Part shown: positions 56,766-64,000 of the stretch, piece after piece
How positions within the stretch are numbered: the first letter of the stretch is position 1
How the letters are laid out: the number at the start of each line of letters is the position of its first letter
Assembly: GCA_902612605.1 (NCBI GenBank)
Contig: CACMDY010000003.1
Coordinates: 41,253 to 105,252 of the forward strand
Reading direction: 5' to 3'
Origin: an uncultured Pelagibacteraceae bacterium
GTDB lineage: Bacteria > Pseudomonadota > Alphaproteobacteria > Pelagibacterales > Pelagibacteraceae
Length of the DNA stretch: 64,000 nucleotides
The notes under the pieces: model-generated
Databases searched by the model: none
Told to the model about the DNA's origin: nothing
What the model saw: the letters and a program-made list of their open reading frames with translations, nothing else
Made by a program: the position numbers and the translations under genes

Positions 56766-59197
56766 TAAGCACTTAATAAATTGTTTTCTGGATCGTAAGG
56801 ACTTTCATCTAAAATTGTAGCATCATATTTCTCACCTAATATTTCAATTTTAAGTTTTTGTCCAACATTTGCTAATTCTGGTTTAACCATACCTAATGCT
56901 AATGATTTTCCAATTCTAAAACCAAAATCTCCTCCTGTAGCTCTTCCTATAACACTTCCATTTTCATAAATTGGATTGTTGCCTAATACATCTGCATCTT
57001 TTGGATTATGAACCTCCAAGGTAACAAGTTTGTTATCAAAACCTTTTTCTCTCCACTTGTTTAATGCTTCAAGTCCAATAAAACTTCCTTTATTAGGATG
57101 TATAAATCTATCAAGACCACTTTCATAAGGTGAGTATTCTATTGATAGTTCTGTTCCAACCAATTTATACGATTTTTCCACTCTCAAACTATTCATTGCT
57201 CTAATACCATATGGCTTTAGTCCAAGATCTTGTCCTGCTTCCATAAGTTTATCAAAAATGTGATTTTGATATTCAATTGGATGATGAAGTTCCCATCCTA
57301 ATTCACCAACAAAATTAACTCTCATAGCATTTACTGGTGCGTACCCTACATCAACCATTTTTGCACTTAGCCATTTAAAGTTTTCATTTGAAAAATCATC
57401 TTTTGAAACTCTTTGCATTAACTCTCTTGCTTTTGGACCTGAAACAACCAAAACTCCATTACTATTAGTTAAATTTTCAAACTGCACTGAACCGTCTGAA
57501 GGCATCCATTTTAAAATCCAATCATGATCTAATCTTTGGAAAGCTCCTGCTGATACTAAATAAAAGCTATCATGTGACTCTCTCATAATAGTAAATTCAG
57601 AATGAACTCCGCCTTTAGTATTTAAAGCATGACATAAATTAATTCTTCCAACTTTTTTTGGTAATTTGTTTGCAACTAAATTATCTAAAAATTCCTCAGC
57701 ACCAGGTCCTTTAATTCTACATTTTGCAAATGCAGTCATATCCAAAAGACCAACATTTTCTTTTACATTTTTGCATTCTTTTTCCATTGCATTGAACCAT
57801 TTTGATCTTCTAAATGACCAATCATCTTTTTGCTCCATTCCATCAGTTGCAAAAAAATTAGGTCTTTCCCATCCAAATTTTTGACCAAACACTGCTCCTA
57901 AATTTTTCATTCTGTCATAACATGGCGCTGTTCTTAATGGTCTTGCTGCTGGTCTTTCTTCATCAGGAAAGTGGGTTATGAAAACGTGACTGTAGGCTTC
58001 TTCATTTTTAGCTTTTAAATATGATTTAGAGCAATAATCTCCATACCTTCTTGGTTCAACACCAAGCATATCAATTGTGGGTTCACCATCTACAATCCAT
58101 TCAGCAAGTTGCCATCCTGCTCCACCTGCTGCAGTGATACCAAAACTATGACCTTCATTTATCCAAAAATTTTTCAATCCCCAAGCAGGACCAACAATTG
58201 GGTTACCATCAGGTGTATAACAAATTGCACCGTTATAAACTTTCTTAACTCCTACCTCTCCAAACGCAGGGACTCTATGTATTGCACCTTCAATGTGTGG
58301 AGCCAATCTATCCAAATCTTCCTGAAATAATTCATATTCAGAATCTTTTGATGGTCCATCTACATAACAAGCTGGTGCTCCATCTTCATATGGTCCTAAA
58401 ATTAATCCACCTGCTTCTTCTCTCATGTACCATCTGCTATCACTATCTCTTAAAACTCCCATCTCTGGTAGTCCATCTTTTTTTCTTTTTTGAATTTCTG
58501 GATGAGGTTCAGTAACAATGTATTGATGTTCTACTGGGATTACTGGAATATCTAAACCAACCATCTTTCCAGTTTGTCTTGCAAAATTTCCTGAACAAGA
58601 AATAATATGTTCACACTCTATAGATCCTTTATCTGTTTCAACAACCCAACCATCTTTGGTTTGTTTCATTCCAACAACATTTGTATTTCTATAAATTTCT
58701 GCTCCTCTATTTCTTGCGCCTGTAGCAAGAGCTTGTGTTAAATCTGCTGGTTGAATATATCCATCTTCAGGGTGTTGTATTGCACCTACTAAATCTGATG
58801 TATTACATAATGGCCAGATTTCCTTAACTTGGTCTGGAGTTAAAAATTTTACATCAACACCTATTGTTTGAGCAACACCTGCGTATTGAAAGTATTCATC
58901 CATTCTATCTTTAGTGCTTGCTAATCTAATATTTGATACAACGCTGAAACCTACATTCTTACCTGTCTCTTCCTCTAAAGTTTTATATAAATTGACAGCA
59001 TACTTATGAAGTTGTCCTACAGAATAACTCATATTAAATAGTGGTAATAAGCCCGCTGCATGCCAAGTTGAACCTGATGTTAGTTCTTTTCTTTCAATTA
59101 AAGCAACATCTGACCAACCTTTTTTTGCTAAGTGATAGAGTGCGCTAACCCCTACTACTCCACCACCAACTACAACAACTTTTGCTTTGGATTTCAT
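56765..59197 (-). CDS. FAD-dependent oxidoreductase with GcvT-like THF domain (dimethylglycine dehydrogenase-like)
   Basis: [38 protein letters not shown] and [10 protein letters not shown] motifs. Coupled to etfB (TAATG). Confidence 0.88.
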   Translation of the reverse strand: MKSKAKVVVVGGGVVGVSALYHLAKKGWSDVALIERKELTSGSTWHAAGLLPLFNMSYSVGQLHKYAVNLYKTLEEETGKNVGFSVVSNIRLASTKDRMDEYFQYAGVAQTIGVDVKFLTPDQVKEIWPLCNTSDLVGAIQHPEDGYIQPADLTQALATGARNRGAEIYRNTNVVGMKQTKDGWVVETDKGSIECEHIISCSGNFARQTGKMVGLDIPVIPVEHQYIVTEPHPEIQKRKKDGLPEMGVLRDSDSRWYMREEAGGLILGPYEDGAPACYVDGPSKDSEYELFQEDLDRLAPHIEGAIHRVPAFGEVGVKKVYNGAICYTPDGNPIVGPAWGLKNFWINEGHSFGITAAGGAGWQLAEWIVDGEPTIDMLGVEPRRYGDYCSKSYLKAKNEEAYSHVFITHFPDEERPAARPLRTAPCYDRMKNLGAVFGQKFGWERPNFFATDGMEQKDDWSFRRSKWFNAMEKECKNVKENVGLLDMTAFAKCRIKGPGAEEFLDNLVANKLPKKVGRINLCHALNTKGGVHSEFTIMRESHDSFYLVSAGAFQRLDHDWILKWMPSDGSVQFENLTNSNGVLVVSGPKARELMQRVSKDDFSNENFKWLSAKMVDVGYAPVNAMRVNFVGELGWELHHPIEYQNHIFDKLMEAGQDLGLKPYGIRAMNSLRVEKSYKLVGTELSIEYSPYESGLDRFIHPNKGSFIGLEALNKWREKGFDNKLVTLEVHNPKDADVLGNNPIYENGSVIGRATGGDFGFRIGKSLALGMVKPELANVGQKLKIEILGEKYDATILDESPYDPENNLLSA

Positions 59198-59243
59198 TCT
59201 CAGATTCCTACTAAATTTTAATTACTAACGAAACAAAATTCTA

Positions 59244-59447
59244 TTATTCATCATCTGCGTCACGCCAGCCCATTCTGAACATTAAATAAGCGGCAACTAT
59301 AACGGAAATTGTACCTACTACCATGCCAATATTAATCCCAACTTCACTTCCCCAAAAATACCACCCAAGTTGAGTAGATGAAATTGTTGGAAAGCATAAT
59401 ATAAACATTAGAATTGCGTACCTAATATACATTGGAGGCTTTTTCAT
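59244..59447 (-). CDS. Small two-TM membrane protein, 67 aa
   Basis: Start moved from 59501 to 59447 (TAATG overlap with the upstream stop). Sequence MKKPPMYIRYAILMFILCFP... has two hydrophobic helices. Confidence 0.7.
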   Translation of the reverse strand: MKKPPMYIRYAILMFILCFPTISSTQLGWYFWGSEVGINIGMVVGTISVIVAAYLMFRMGWRDADDE

Positions 59448-59908
59448 TATATTGATGATCCCATTGGTATTGGTTGTGAAACCGCTGTTGTTAGCCAGCA
59501 ATCTAAAAGATTGCCTTCTTTATTATTCTTTTCAACTTTCCATTTAAATTTAAAATATTGTTTGTCCTTATCCAAGACAACAACTTCATAAGTTGCCATT
59601 GCACTTGATTTGTAAATTTCAGTTACTGTATTTTCTTTGTGATCAATCAGCATCGAGTATGAAGCCCCTTTTAACATTCTTTTAAATCTATCTAATGGAC
59701 CTGTCATCCTTTGATTATTTGGATGTGCAAATTCCCATGTTTGCTCAATCCCTCTATCTTTATATGGACTGTCATTTTTCATTAATGCCTTTAATTGAAT
59801 TAAAACAACTTGTTTTGGATCTATATTCACACTTGGTTTTAAAACATCGGCAAATGAAGAATTAAAATAAAAAAATGTAATTAAAAAAAATAAAATTTTG
59901 AATTTCAT
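59447..59908 (-). CDS. Exported DUF4864-like protein
   Basis: Signal peptide; P..VV.IQL.AL..ND, G.E..WEFA.P.N...GP..RF..M...Y.ML and C-terminal W.T.AV pattern. Confidence 0.65.
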   Translation of the reverse strand: MKFKILFFLITFFYFNSSFADVLKPSVNIDPKQVVLIQLKALMKNDSPYKDRGIEQTWEFAHPNNQRMTGPLDRFKRMLKGASYSMLIDHKENTVTEIYKSSAMATYEVVVLDKDKQYFKFKWKVEKNNKEGNLLDCWLTTAVSQPIPMGSSI

Positions 59909-59974
59909 ATTTTAAATTTATCTTAAATTTAAAATGAAATAAAAGGTCTTAATATCACACTTAATAATTTGATA

Positions 59975-60400
59975 TTATATAGTTTTGAATAATCTATCGT
60001 ATTCGTTTTTAATACATTTATTAGAGATATAATAAATTTTATTTTGAGAGACTAATTTAGCTGCATTTTCGTTGTGAATTCCTAATTGCAACCATAATAC
60101 ATTTGCACCAATTTCTATTGTTTGTTTTGCTATTTCCTCAGCCTCTTCACTAGGTCTAAAAACATTAACAATTCCAACATGATCTTTAATATCCGTTAGT
60201 TTTTTATAAACTGGTTCACCATGTATAATTTTATTATCTGTTACTGGATTAACAGGAAAAACTTTGTAACCTGTATTTCTTAAATATTTCATTATTATAT
60301 TGGAAGTTTTTTTTGAGTCTGGGCTTGCTCCGACAATTGCTATCGTCCTATAACTTAAATATAGTTCTTTTATTTTTTCATCTAAAAGTGTTGTATCCAT
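59975..60400 (-). CDS. CoA-binding domain protein (YccU-like), paralogue 2
   Basis: TIAIVGAS, PVNP, VNVFRP, LWLQLGI and NKC motifs. Confidence 0.88.
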   Translation of the reverse strand: MDTTLLDEKIKELYLSYRTIAIVGASPDSKKTSNIIMKYLRNTGYKVFPVNPVTDNKIIHGEPVYKKLTDIKDHVGIVNVFRPSEEAEEIAKQTIEIGANVLWLQLGIHNENAAKLVSQNKIYYISNKCIKNEYDRLFKTI

Positions 60401-60408
60401 AATTTGAT

Positions 60409-60858
60409 TTAAATTTTAAGATCTAGTCGCGGTTTCCAAAATGGTCTGAAGAGTTCAATTTTTGGACATCTATTCATAACTACTTTTAAACCTGCATCTT
60501 CAGCAATTTTTGCTGCATCATGATTAATTACACCTATTTGTCCCCATAATACTTTTGCTCCAATTGATATTGCCTCTTCAGCAATTCCATAAAGATCCTC
60601 AGATTTTCTAAATACTTCAACCATATCAACAGGTCTATCGATAGCAGATAAATTTGGATAAACTTTTAAATTTCTAATTTCCTTTATACCTGGTTTAGGA
60701 TTTACAGGTATCATGTCATAACCAGTTTCATGCAAAACTCTTAGCACACCATAACTAAATTTAGTTTTATCTGGGCTAGCACCAACCATAGCAATTGTCT
60801 TAACTGAGCTTAAAATATCTTTTAAATATTCAGCGCTATAAGGTTCGTTGTGGTTCAT
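60409..60858 (-). CDS. CoA-binding domain protein (YccU-like), paralogue 1
   Basis: TIAMVGAS, PVNP, VEVFR, LWGQIGV and MNRCPKIE motifs. Confidence 0.9.
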   Translation of the reverse strand: MNHNEPYSAEYLKDILSSVKTIAMVGASPDKTKFSYGVLRVLHETGYDMIPVNPKPGIKEIRNLKVYPNLSAIDRPVDMVEVFRKSEDLYGIAEEAISIGAKVLWGQIGVINHDAAKIAEDAGLKVVMNRCPKIELFRPFWKPRLDLKI

Positions 60859-60860
60859 GT

Positions 60861-61226
60861 TTATTTTTTTTCTTCCTTTTTACTCGCGATATCTGCTTTT
60901 AATTCATGAGGTTCTAAAGGATCTAGGAAAGGATTTCGATACAATTTATCATGACTTTCAACTCCTATCTCAATTGTGCAATCTGTTTTTGCTTTAGCAA
61001 CACATAAAATAATATATCCATCATTGATTTGTCTATTGTTTAAAGCAACTTGAGAACGTTGATCTACTTCTCCATTAATTAGTTTAGCTGCACATGTAAT
61101 ACATCCCCCATACTGACATCCGTATGGAAGATCGACACCTTGATCTCTTAATTCGTTTAATAAAGGTTTTTTTCCACTGACTTCAAATGCACTGTTATTT
61201 CTGTTTGAAATTGTAATCTTTGTCAT
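60861..61226 (-). CDS. Plant-type [2Fe-2S] ferredoxin with C-terminal extension
   Basis: LPYGCQYGGCITC...ILC (Cx4Cx2C...C). Start moved from 61247 to 61226 (ATGA overlap with the SBP56 stop). Confidence 0.9.
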   Translation of the reverse strand: MTKITISNRNNSAFEVSGKKPLLNELRDQGVDLPYGCQYGGCITCAAKLINGEVDQRSQVALNNRQINDGYIILCVAKAKTDCTIEIGVESHDKLYRNPFLDPLEPHELKADIASKKEEKK

Positions 61227-62575
61227 AGCCAGATGTCGCTTGTGCAATCTCCACCTGGATATCTACTTTCATGGCACCTACTAGGTCCATTTGGTTCTTT
61301 ACCAAAATCAACAATAAAATCTTTATTAATTTTCATCCCACCATTTTCAACATCACAATCAATCATAATCATTGCTCCACCCTGCTTTCTTATTTCAGGA
61401 TAAAATTGATTATCCCATGTAGAAAATAATGATGTTGTTACATACATTCTTTTACCATCTAAGGATAATTGATACATTTGAGGTCCACCAGCAATTTTGA
61501 CACCGTTTACTTCTGGAGCCTTTCCTAACAATCCACCCATCCAAACTTGACCAGTTAATTTAGGTTTGTGCGGATCTGAAATATCATATTGCCTCATATC
61601 TCCATGAAGCCAATTATTTATATAGAGATATTTATCATCCATTGAAACTAATATCGCTGACATAACTCCAGGTACAGGGATTGGCCAATCAGGATGTGGT
61701 TCATTTTCAACATCAATTATTTTTTCCCATTCCCATTTTCCCTCTTTTGATTTCCAAAAATGAATTACATTTGCGCTTAGCGCTGCACCGCAAAATCCAT
61801 GACTACTGTCGGGATTATGCATAAATTTTACTTCTAATGGTATTAAACCATCTTCACCTAAATACATTGTTTGAACTGGCTCTTTTTTTTTAAAATCCCA
61901 GACATGAAGTCGTCTACCATATTTCAAATGACCAACTTCCTCTAAATCAAATCCAGGCATAAAAGTATTAGGAGCCGCCCATTCAGAACTAACCATCACA
62001 TTATGTCTTGGTTGGTACCAGAAGTCATAACTAAAAGGTATGTCTCCCATTGAATTTTCCCATCTACCTACAATTTCAAAATCTTTATTCAAATGTAAAT
62101 ATCCTCCTGGTGCTTCTCCTCGAGCGTCTCCAAGAAAAGAAATGATAATTTCAGAACCTAGGCAATGAACTGTATGTGGTCCTGATAAATTAGTTTTTTT
62201 CTTTATTTCAGATCCATCTACTACTTTATGTATTTTTGGAGCTCTAGGATCGGATGCAGTATCAACAACATAAATATTATTTGATCTAACACCTGGAACT
62301 AATAAATATTTTCTGCTCATGTTTGAGTCACCATGGCAAGAAGAACATGCATTCCATCCCATGTGATGCAATTCATCACCAATACCTGGCATTTCAAGTC
62401 TATGAATTACTTTAGAATATGTGGGGCTTTGAGGATCAACATCGACAGTTGCTAAATAGTCTGGTTTTTGTATTCCCGTCCCTGTGTAGATAGCTATTGT
62501 ATATAAAAGCTTTTCTTTTGGCGCTTTTATTGCTTCTGCAGGACTAGCATATCCAGGACCACAGCATCCATCCAT
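61223..62575 (-). CDS. Selenium-binding protein 56 family (SELENBP1/methanethiol-oxidase-like), cytoplasmic
   Basis: CCGPGY.SP, PDYLATVDVDP, DELHH.GWN.CSSC, YDFWYQPRHNVM.SSEWAAP, NWLHGD, GGPQM.QLSLDG and RYPGGDC.SDIW motifs. No signal peptide. GGAG SD. Confidence 0.93.
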   Translation of the reverse strand: MDGCCGPGYASPAEAIKAPKEKLLYTIAIYTGTGIQKPDYLATVDVDPQSPTYSKVIHRLEMPGIGDELHHMGWNACSSCHGDSNMSRKYLLVPGVRSNNIYVVDTASDPRAPKIHKVVDGSEIKKKTNLSGPHTVHCLGSEIIISFLGDARGEAPGGYLHLNKDFEIVGRWENSMGDIPFSYDFWYQPRHNVMVSSEWAAPNTFMPGFDLEEVGHLKYGRRLHVWDFKKKEPVQTMYLGEDGLIPLEVKFMHNPDSSHGFCGAALSANVIHFWKSKEGKWEWEKIIDVENEPHPDWPIPVPGVMSAILVSMDDKYLYINNWLHGDMRQYDISDPHKPKLTGQVWMGGLLGKAPEVNGVKIAGGPQMYQLSLDGKRMYVTTSLFSTWDNQFYPEIRKQGGAMIMIDCDVENGGMKINKDFIVDFGKEPNGPSRCHESRYPGGDCTSDIWL

Positions 62576-62635
62576 GATTGATTTTCTCCTTTGATTACAA
62601 CTTAAACTTTTTTTTAAGTGACTTCAACTTAATGG

Positions 62636-63409
62636 TTATTTGTTTTTCCAACTTGGATTTCTTTTTTCAATAAAAGCACTAATACCCTCTTTGGCATCAT
62701 AAGATGACATATTAAGTGTCATCATCTTACTTGTGTAATCATAAGCTTTACCTAATGGCATTTCTAATTGTTTATAAAAACCTTTTTTACCTATTTTGAT
62801 GGTTAAATTTGATTTTGAAGATATTTTTTTTGCAATATCTAAAACTTTTTTATTCAAAGTTTTTGGACTGTAATGATCATTAATTAATCCAATTTCCTTT
62901 GCATATTTTGCACTAATTGGATCACCGGTAAGTAGCATTTCCATCATTCTTTTTCTACTGATTTTTCGACTGACAGCGACCATTGGAGTACTGCAAAATA
63001 ATCCAATTTTTACTCCAGGTGTAGCAAATGTTGCTGAGTTTGTACTATATGCAAGATCACAACTTGCTGCTAATTGACATCCAGCTGCGTAAGCTGCTCC
63101 ATGTACTTTAGCTATCACTGGTTTGTTTCCTTCAACAATTTGCATCATAAGTTTTGAACAAAGTTTAAACAGTTTTAGATGATTAGATCTATTTTTTATA
63201 CCTCTTACCTCTTTTAAATTGTGACCTGCACTAAATCCTTTGCCAGCCCCTTCTAAAATAATAACTCTAGTTTCTTTATCGTTATCTAATTTTTTGAATG
63301 CTTTTAATAAAGACGAAAGAGTATTGTATGATAAGGAATTATAAGTTTTTGGATCATTAATTAAAACTCTTTTAACACCCGGTGATACTTTATTTATTTT
63401 TACAGTCAC
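62636..63409 (-). CDS. Enoyl-CoA hydratase/isomerase (ECHDC3-like)
   Basis: FSAGHNL, HG.A.AAGCQL.ASCDL, TPGV.IGLFCSTP and EG..AF.EKR motifs. Confidence 0.9.
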   Translation of the reverse strand: MTVKINKVSPGVKRVLINDPKTYNSLSYNTLSSLLKAFKKLDNDKETRVIILEGAGKGFSAGHNLKEVRGIKNRSNHLKLFKLCSKLMMQIVEGNKPVIAKVHGAAYAAGCQLAASCDLAYSTNSATFATPGVKIGLFCSTPMVAVSRKISRKRMMEMLLTGDPISAKYAKEIGLINDHYSPKTLNKKVLDIAKKISSKSNLTIKIGKKGFYKQLEMPLGKAYDYTSKMMTLNMSSYDAKEGISAFIEKRNPSWKNK

Positions 63410-63784
63410 TTATTTTAATTTACCTTCTTCTCTCATCTTGGCTCTAATTTTAGTTGCTGAAATTTTTTGGATTTCTTCAGACAAAACTATTTCTTCAATT
63501 TTATATCCAACACCTCTTCCATAACAAATATTTGTAATATTAGGAACAAGCATAATTTTGAACCTGCCCTCAAACTCTGGATTAAGTTTTTCTTCAATAT
63601 TTTTCTTAACTGTTTCAAAATCAAATGGATTATCATCAACACCTTGTACATCTCTAATTTGAATACATACTTGTCCTGTTTTTTTTATAATTTCCTTAAA
63701 TAGAGTATAGTGACCATCATGAAACGGTTGCCATCTTCCTAACATTTGAGCAGTTGGTTTTTTATTGTCCCATTGATACGTCAT
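63410..63784 (-). CDS. Minimal HxGH-type nucleotidyltransferase (cytidylyltransferase-like)
   Basis: MLGRWQPFHDGH, YGRGVGY and ISATKIR motifs. Start moved from 63817 to 63784 (ATGA overlap). Confidence 0.75.
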   Translation of the reverse strand: MTYQWDNKKPTAQMLGRWQPFHDGHYTLFKEIIKKTGQVCIQIRDVQGVDDNPFDFETVKKNIEEKLNPEFEGRFKIMLVPNITNICYGRGVGYKIEEIVLSEEIQKISATKIRAKMREEGKLK

Positions 63785-64000
63785 TTTTTTATCTCCTTTA
63801 AAATCTTTGGTGCCCAAGACTTAGCATCTTGCGATGTAACATGAAAATCATATTTTTCTGGTTTAACAAACATTTTATTAGTGTCATCAAACCTACCTTC
63901 TTTTATAGTATCTACCCAAACTACATAATCTGCAGGAAATAAACTTCTTGCCTTTGGAGTTGGGCAAATAAAATCCGCAATCACATAATTTCCTTCATCT
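63781..64000 (-). CDS. P-loop kinase, adenylyl-sulfate-kinase (CysC)-like, C-terminal part (partial)
   Basis: The frame stays open to the right edge: ...DEGNYVIADFICPTPKARSLF..VWVDTIKEGRFDDTNKMFVKPEKYD. This resembles the C-terminal half of short CysC-like proteins. The P-loop itself is outside the window. Confidence 0.6.
   Translation of the reverse strand, partial: DEGNYVIADFICPTPKARSLFPADYVVWVDTIKEGRFDDTNKMFVKPEKYDFHVTSQDAKSWAPKILKEIKK

Noticed and set aside
4599-58515. About 30 short ORF-track entries (60-130 aa) lying inside longer genes, on the opposite strand or in another frame, e.g. 4599-4868, 8693-8887, 9062-9280, 9401-9760, 15635-15907, 24480-24758, 27359-27751, 50579-50938 and 54820-55107
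   Set aside because: They are fully nested in well-supported genes and have no motifs. They are typical shadow frames.
61223-62575. Selenoprotein, or periplasmic TTQ-type MtoX
   Set aside because: No in-frame TGA, no signal peptide and no mauG/sco neighbours in the window.
3890-63817. Longest-ORF starts at 3890, 14514, 38753, 49302, 52364, 59501, 61247 and 63817
   Set aside because: They overlap upstream genes or promoters. Internal starts give proper signal peptides, SD sites or stop-start coupling (3923, 14529, 38771, 49233, 52442, 59447, 61226, 63784).
1-64000. CRISPR arrays, IS elements, rRNA, tmRNA/RNase P/6S RNA, and SAM or glycine riboswitches
   Set aside because: I saw no spaced repeats, transposases or long structured RNAs. 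Gaps upstream of the sulfur and C1 genes are mostly too short, and the longer gaps are explained by small ORFs, terminators or promoters.
1-64000. Homopolymer A/T runs as phase-variation sites
   Set aside because: Runs of 8-9 nt are common in this AT-rich DNA. None interrupts a recognisable reading frame and no frameshifted gene pairs were seen.

Overview
AT-rich, very tightly packed bacterial chromosome segment. Many genes abut or overlap by 1-4 nt. Gene content and order point to a SAR11/Pelagibacteraceae genome (inference from composition and content). The window holds about 65 CDS, one tRNA (anticodon CAT) and no detectable rRNA, CRISPR array, IS element or integrase. Transporters: ugp-type glycerol-3-phosphate ABC, TRAP, NCS1, polar amino-acid ABC, Fe(III) ABC, AEC and DMT. 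Metabolic modules: (i) mtnP-mtnA-class II aldolase-speD/speE fusion with divergent apt, matching a DHAP-shunt MTA/5'-deoxyadenosine salvage route, with two exported alpha/beta-hydrolases embedded in it; (ii) two sarcosine/dimethylglycine-dehydrogenase-like enzymes, etfBA-ETF:QO, folE and acuI (C1/DMSP theme); (iii) an operon with a cytoplasmic SELENBP1-type protein, a [2Fe-2S] ferredoxin and two CoA-binding proteins; (iv) a fluoroacetate-dehalogenase-like hydrolase with a TauD dioxygenase and an AEC transporter. By manual translation I found three small ORFs missing from the ORF track (43, 37 and 57 aa) and the partial ugpE at the left edge. The best candidates for undescribed systems are a passenger-less inverse-autotransporter beta-barrel coupled to a separate secreted Cys/Ser/Thr-rich protein beside the tRNA, a 57-aa CxxCxxxC protein coupled to the Fe(III)-binding protein behind three Fur-box-like sites, and the SELENBP1-ferredoxin-CoA-binding operon. 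All family assignments rest on recalled motifs; no database searches were run.
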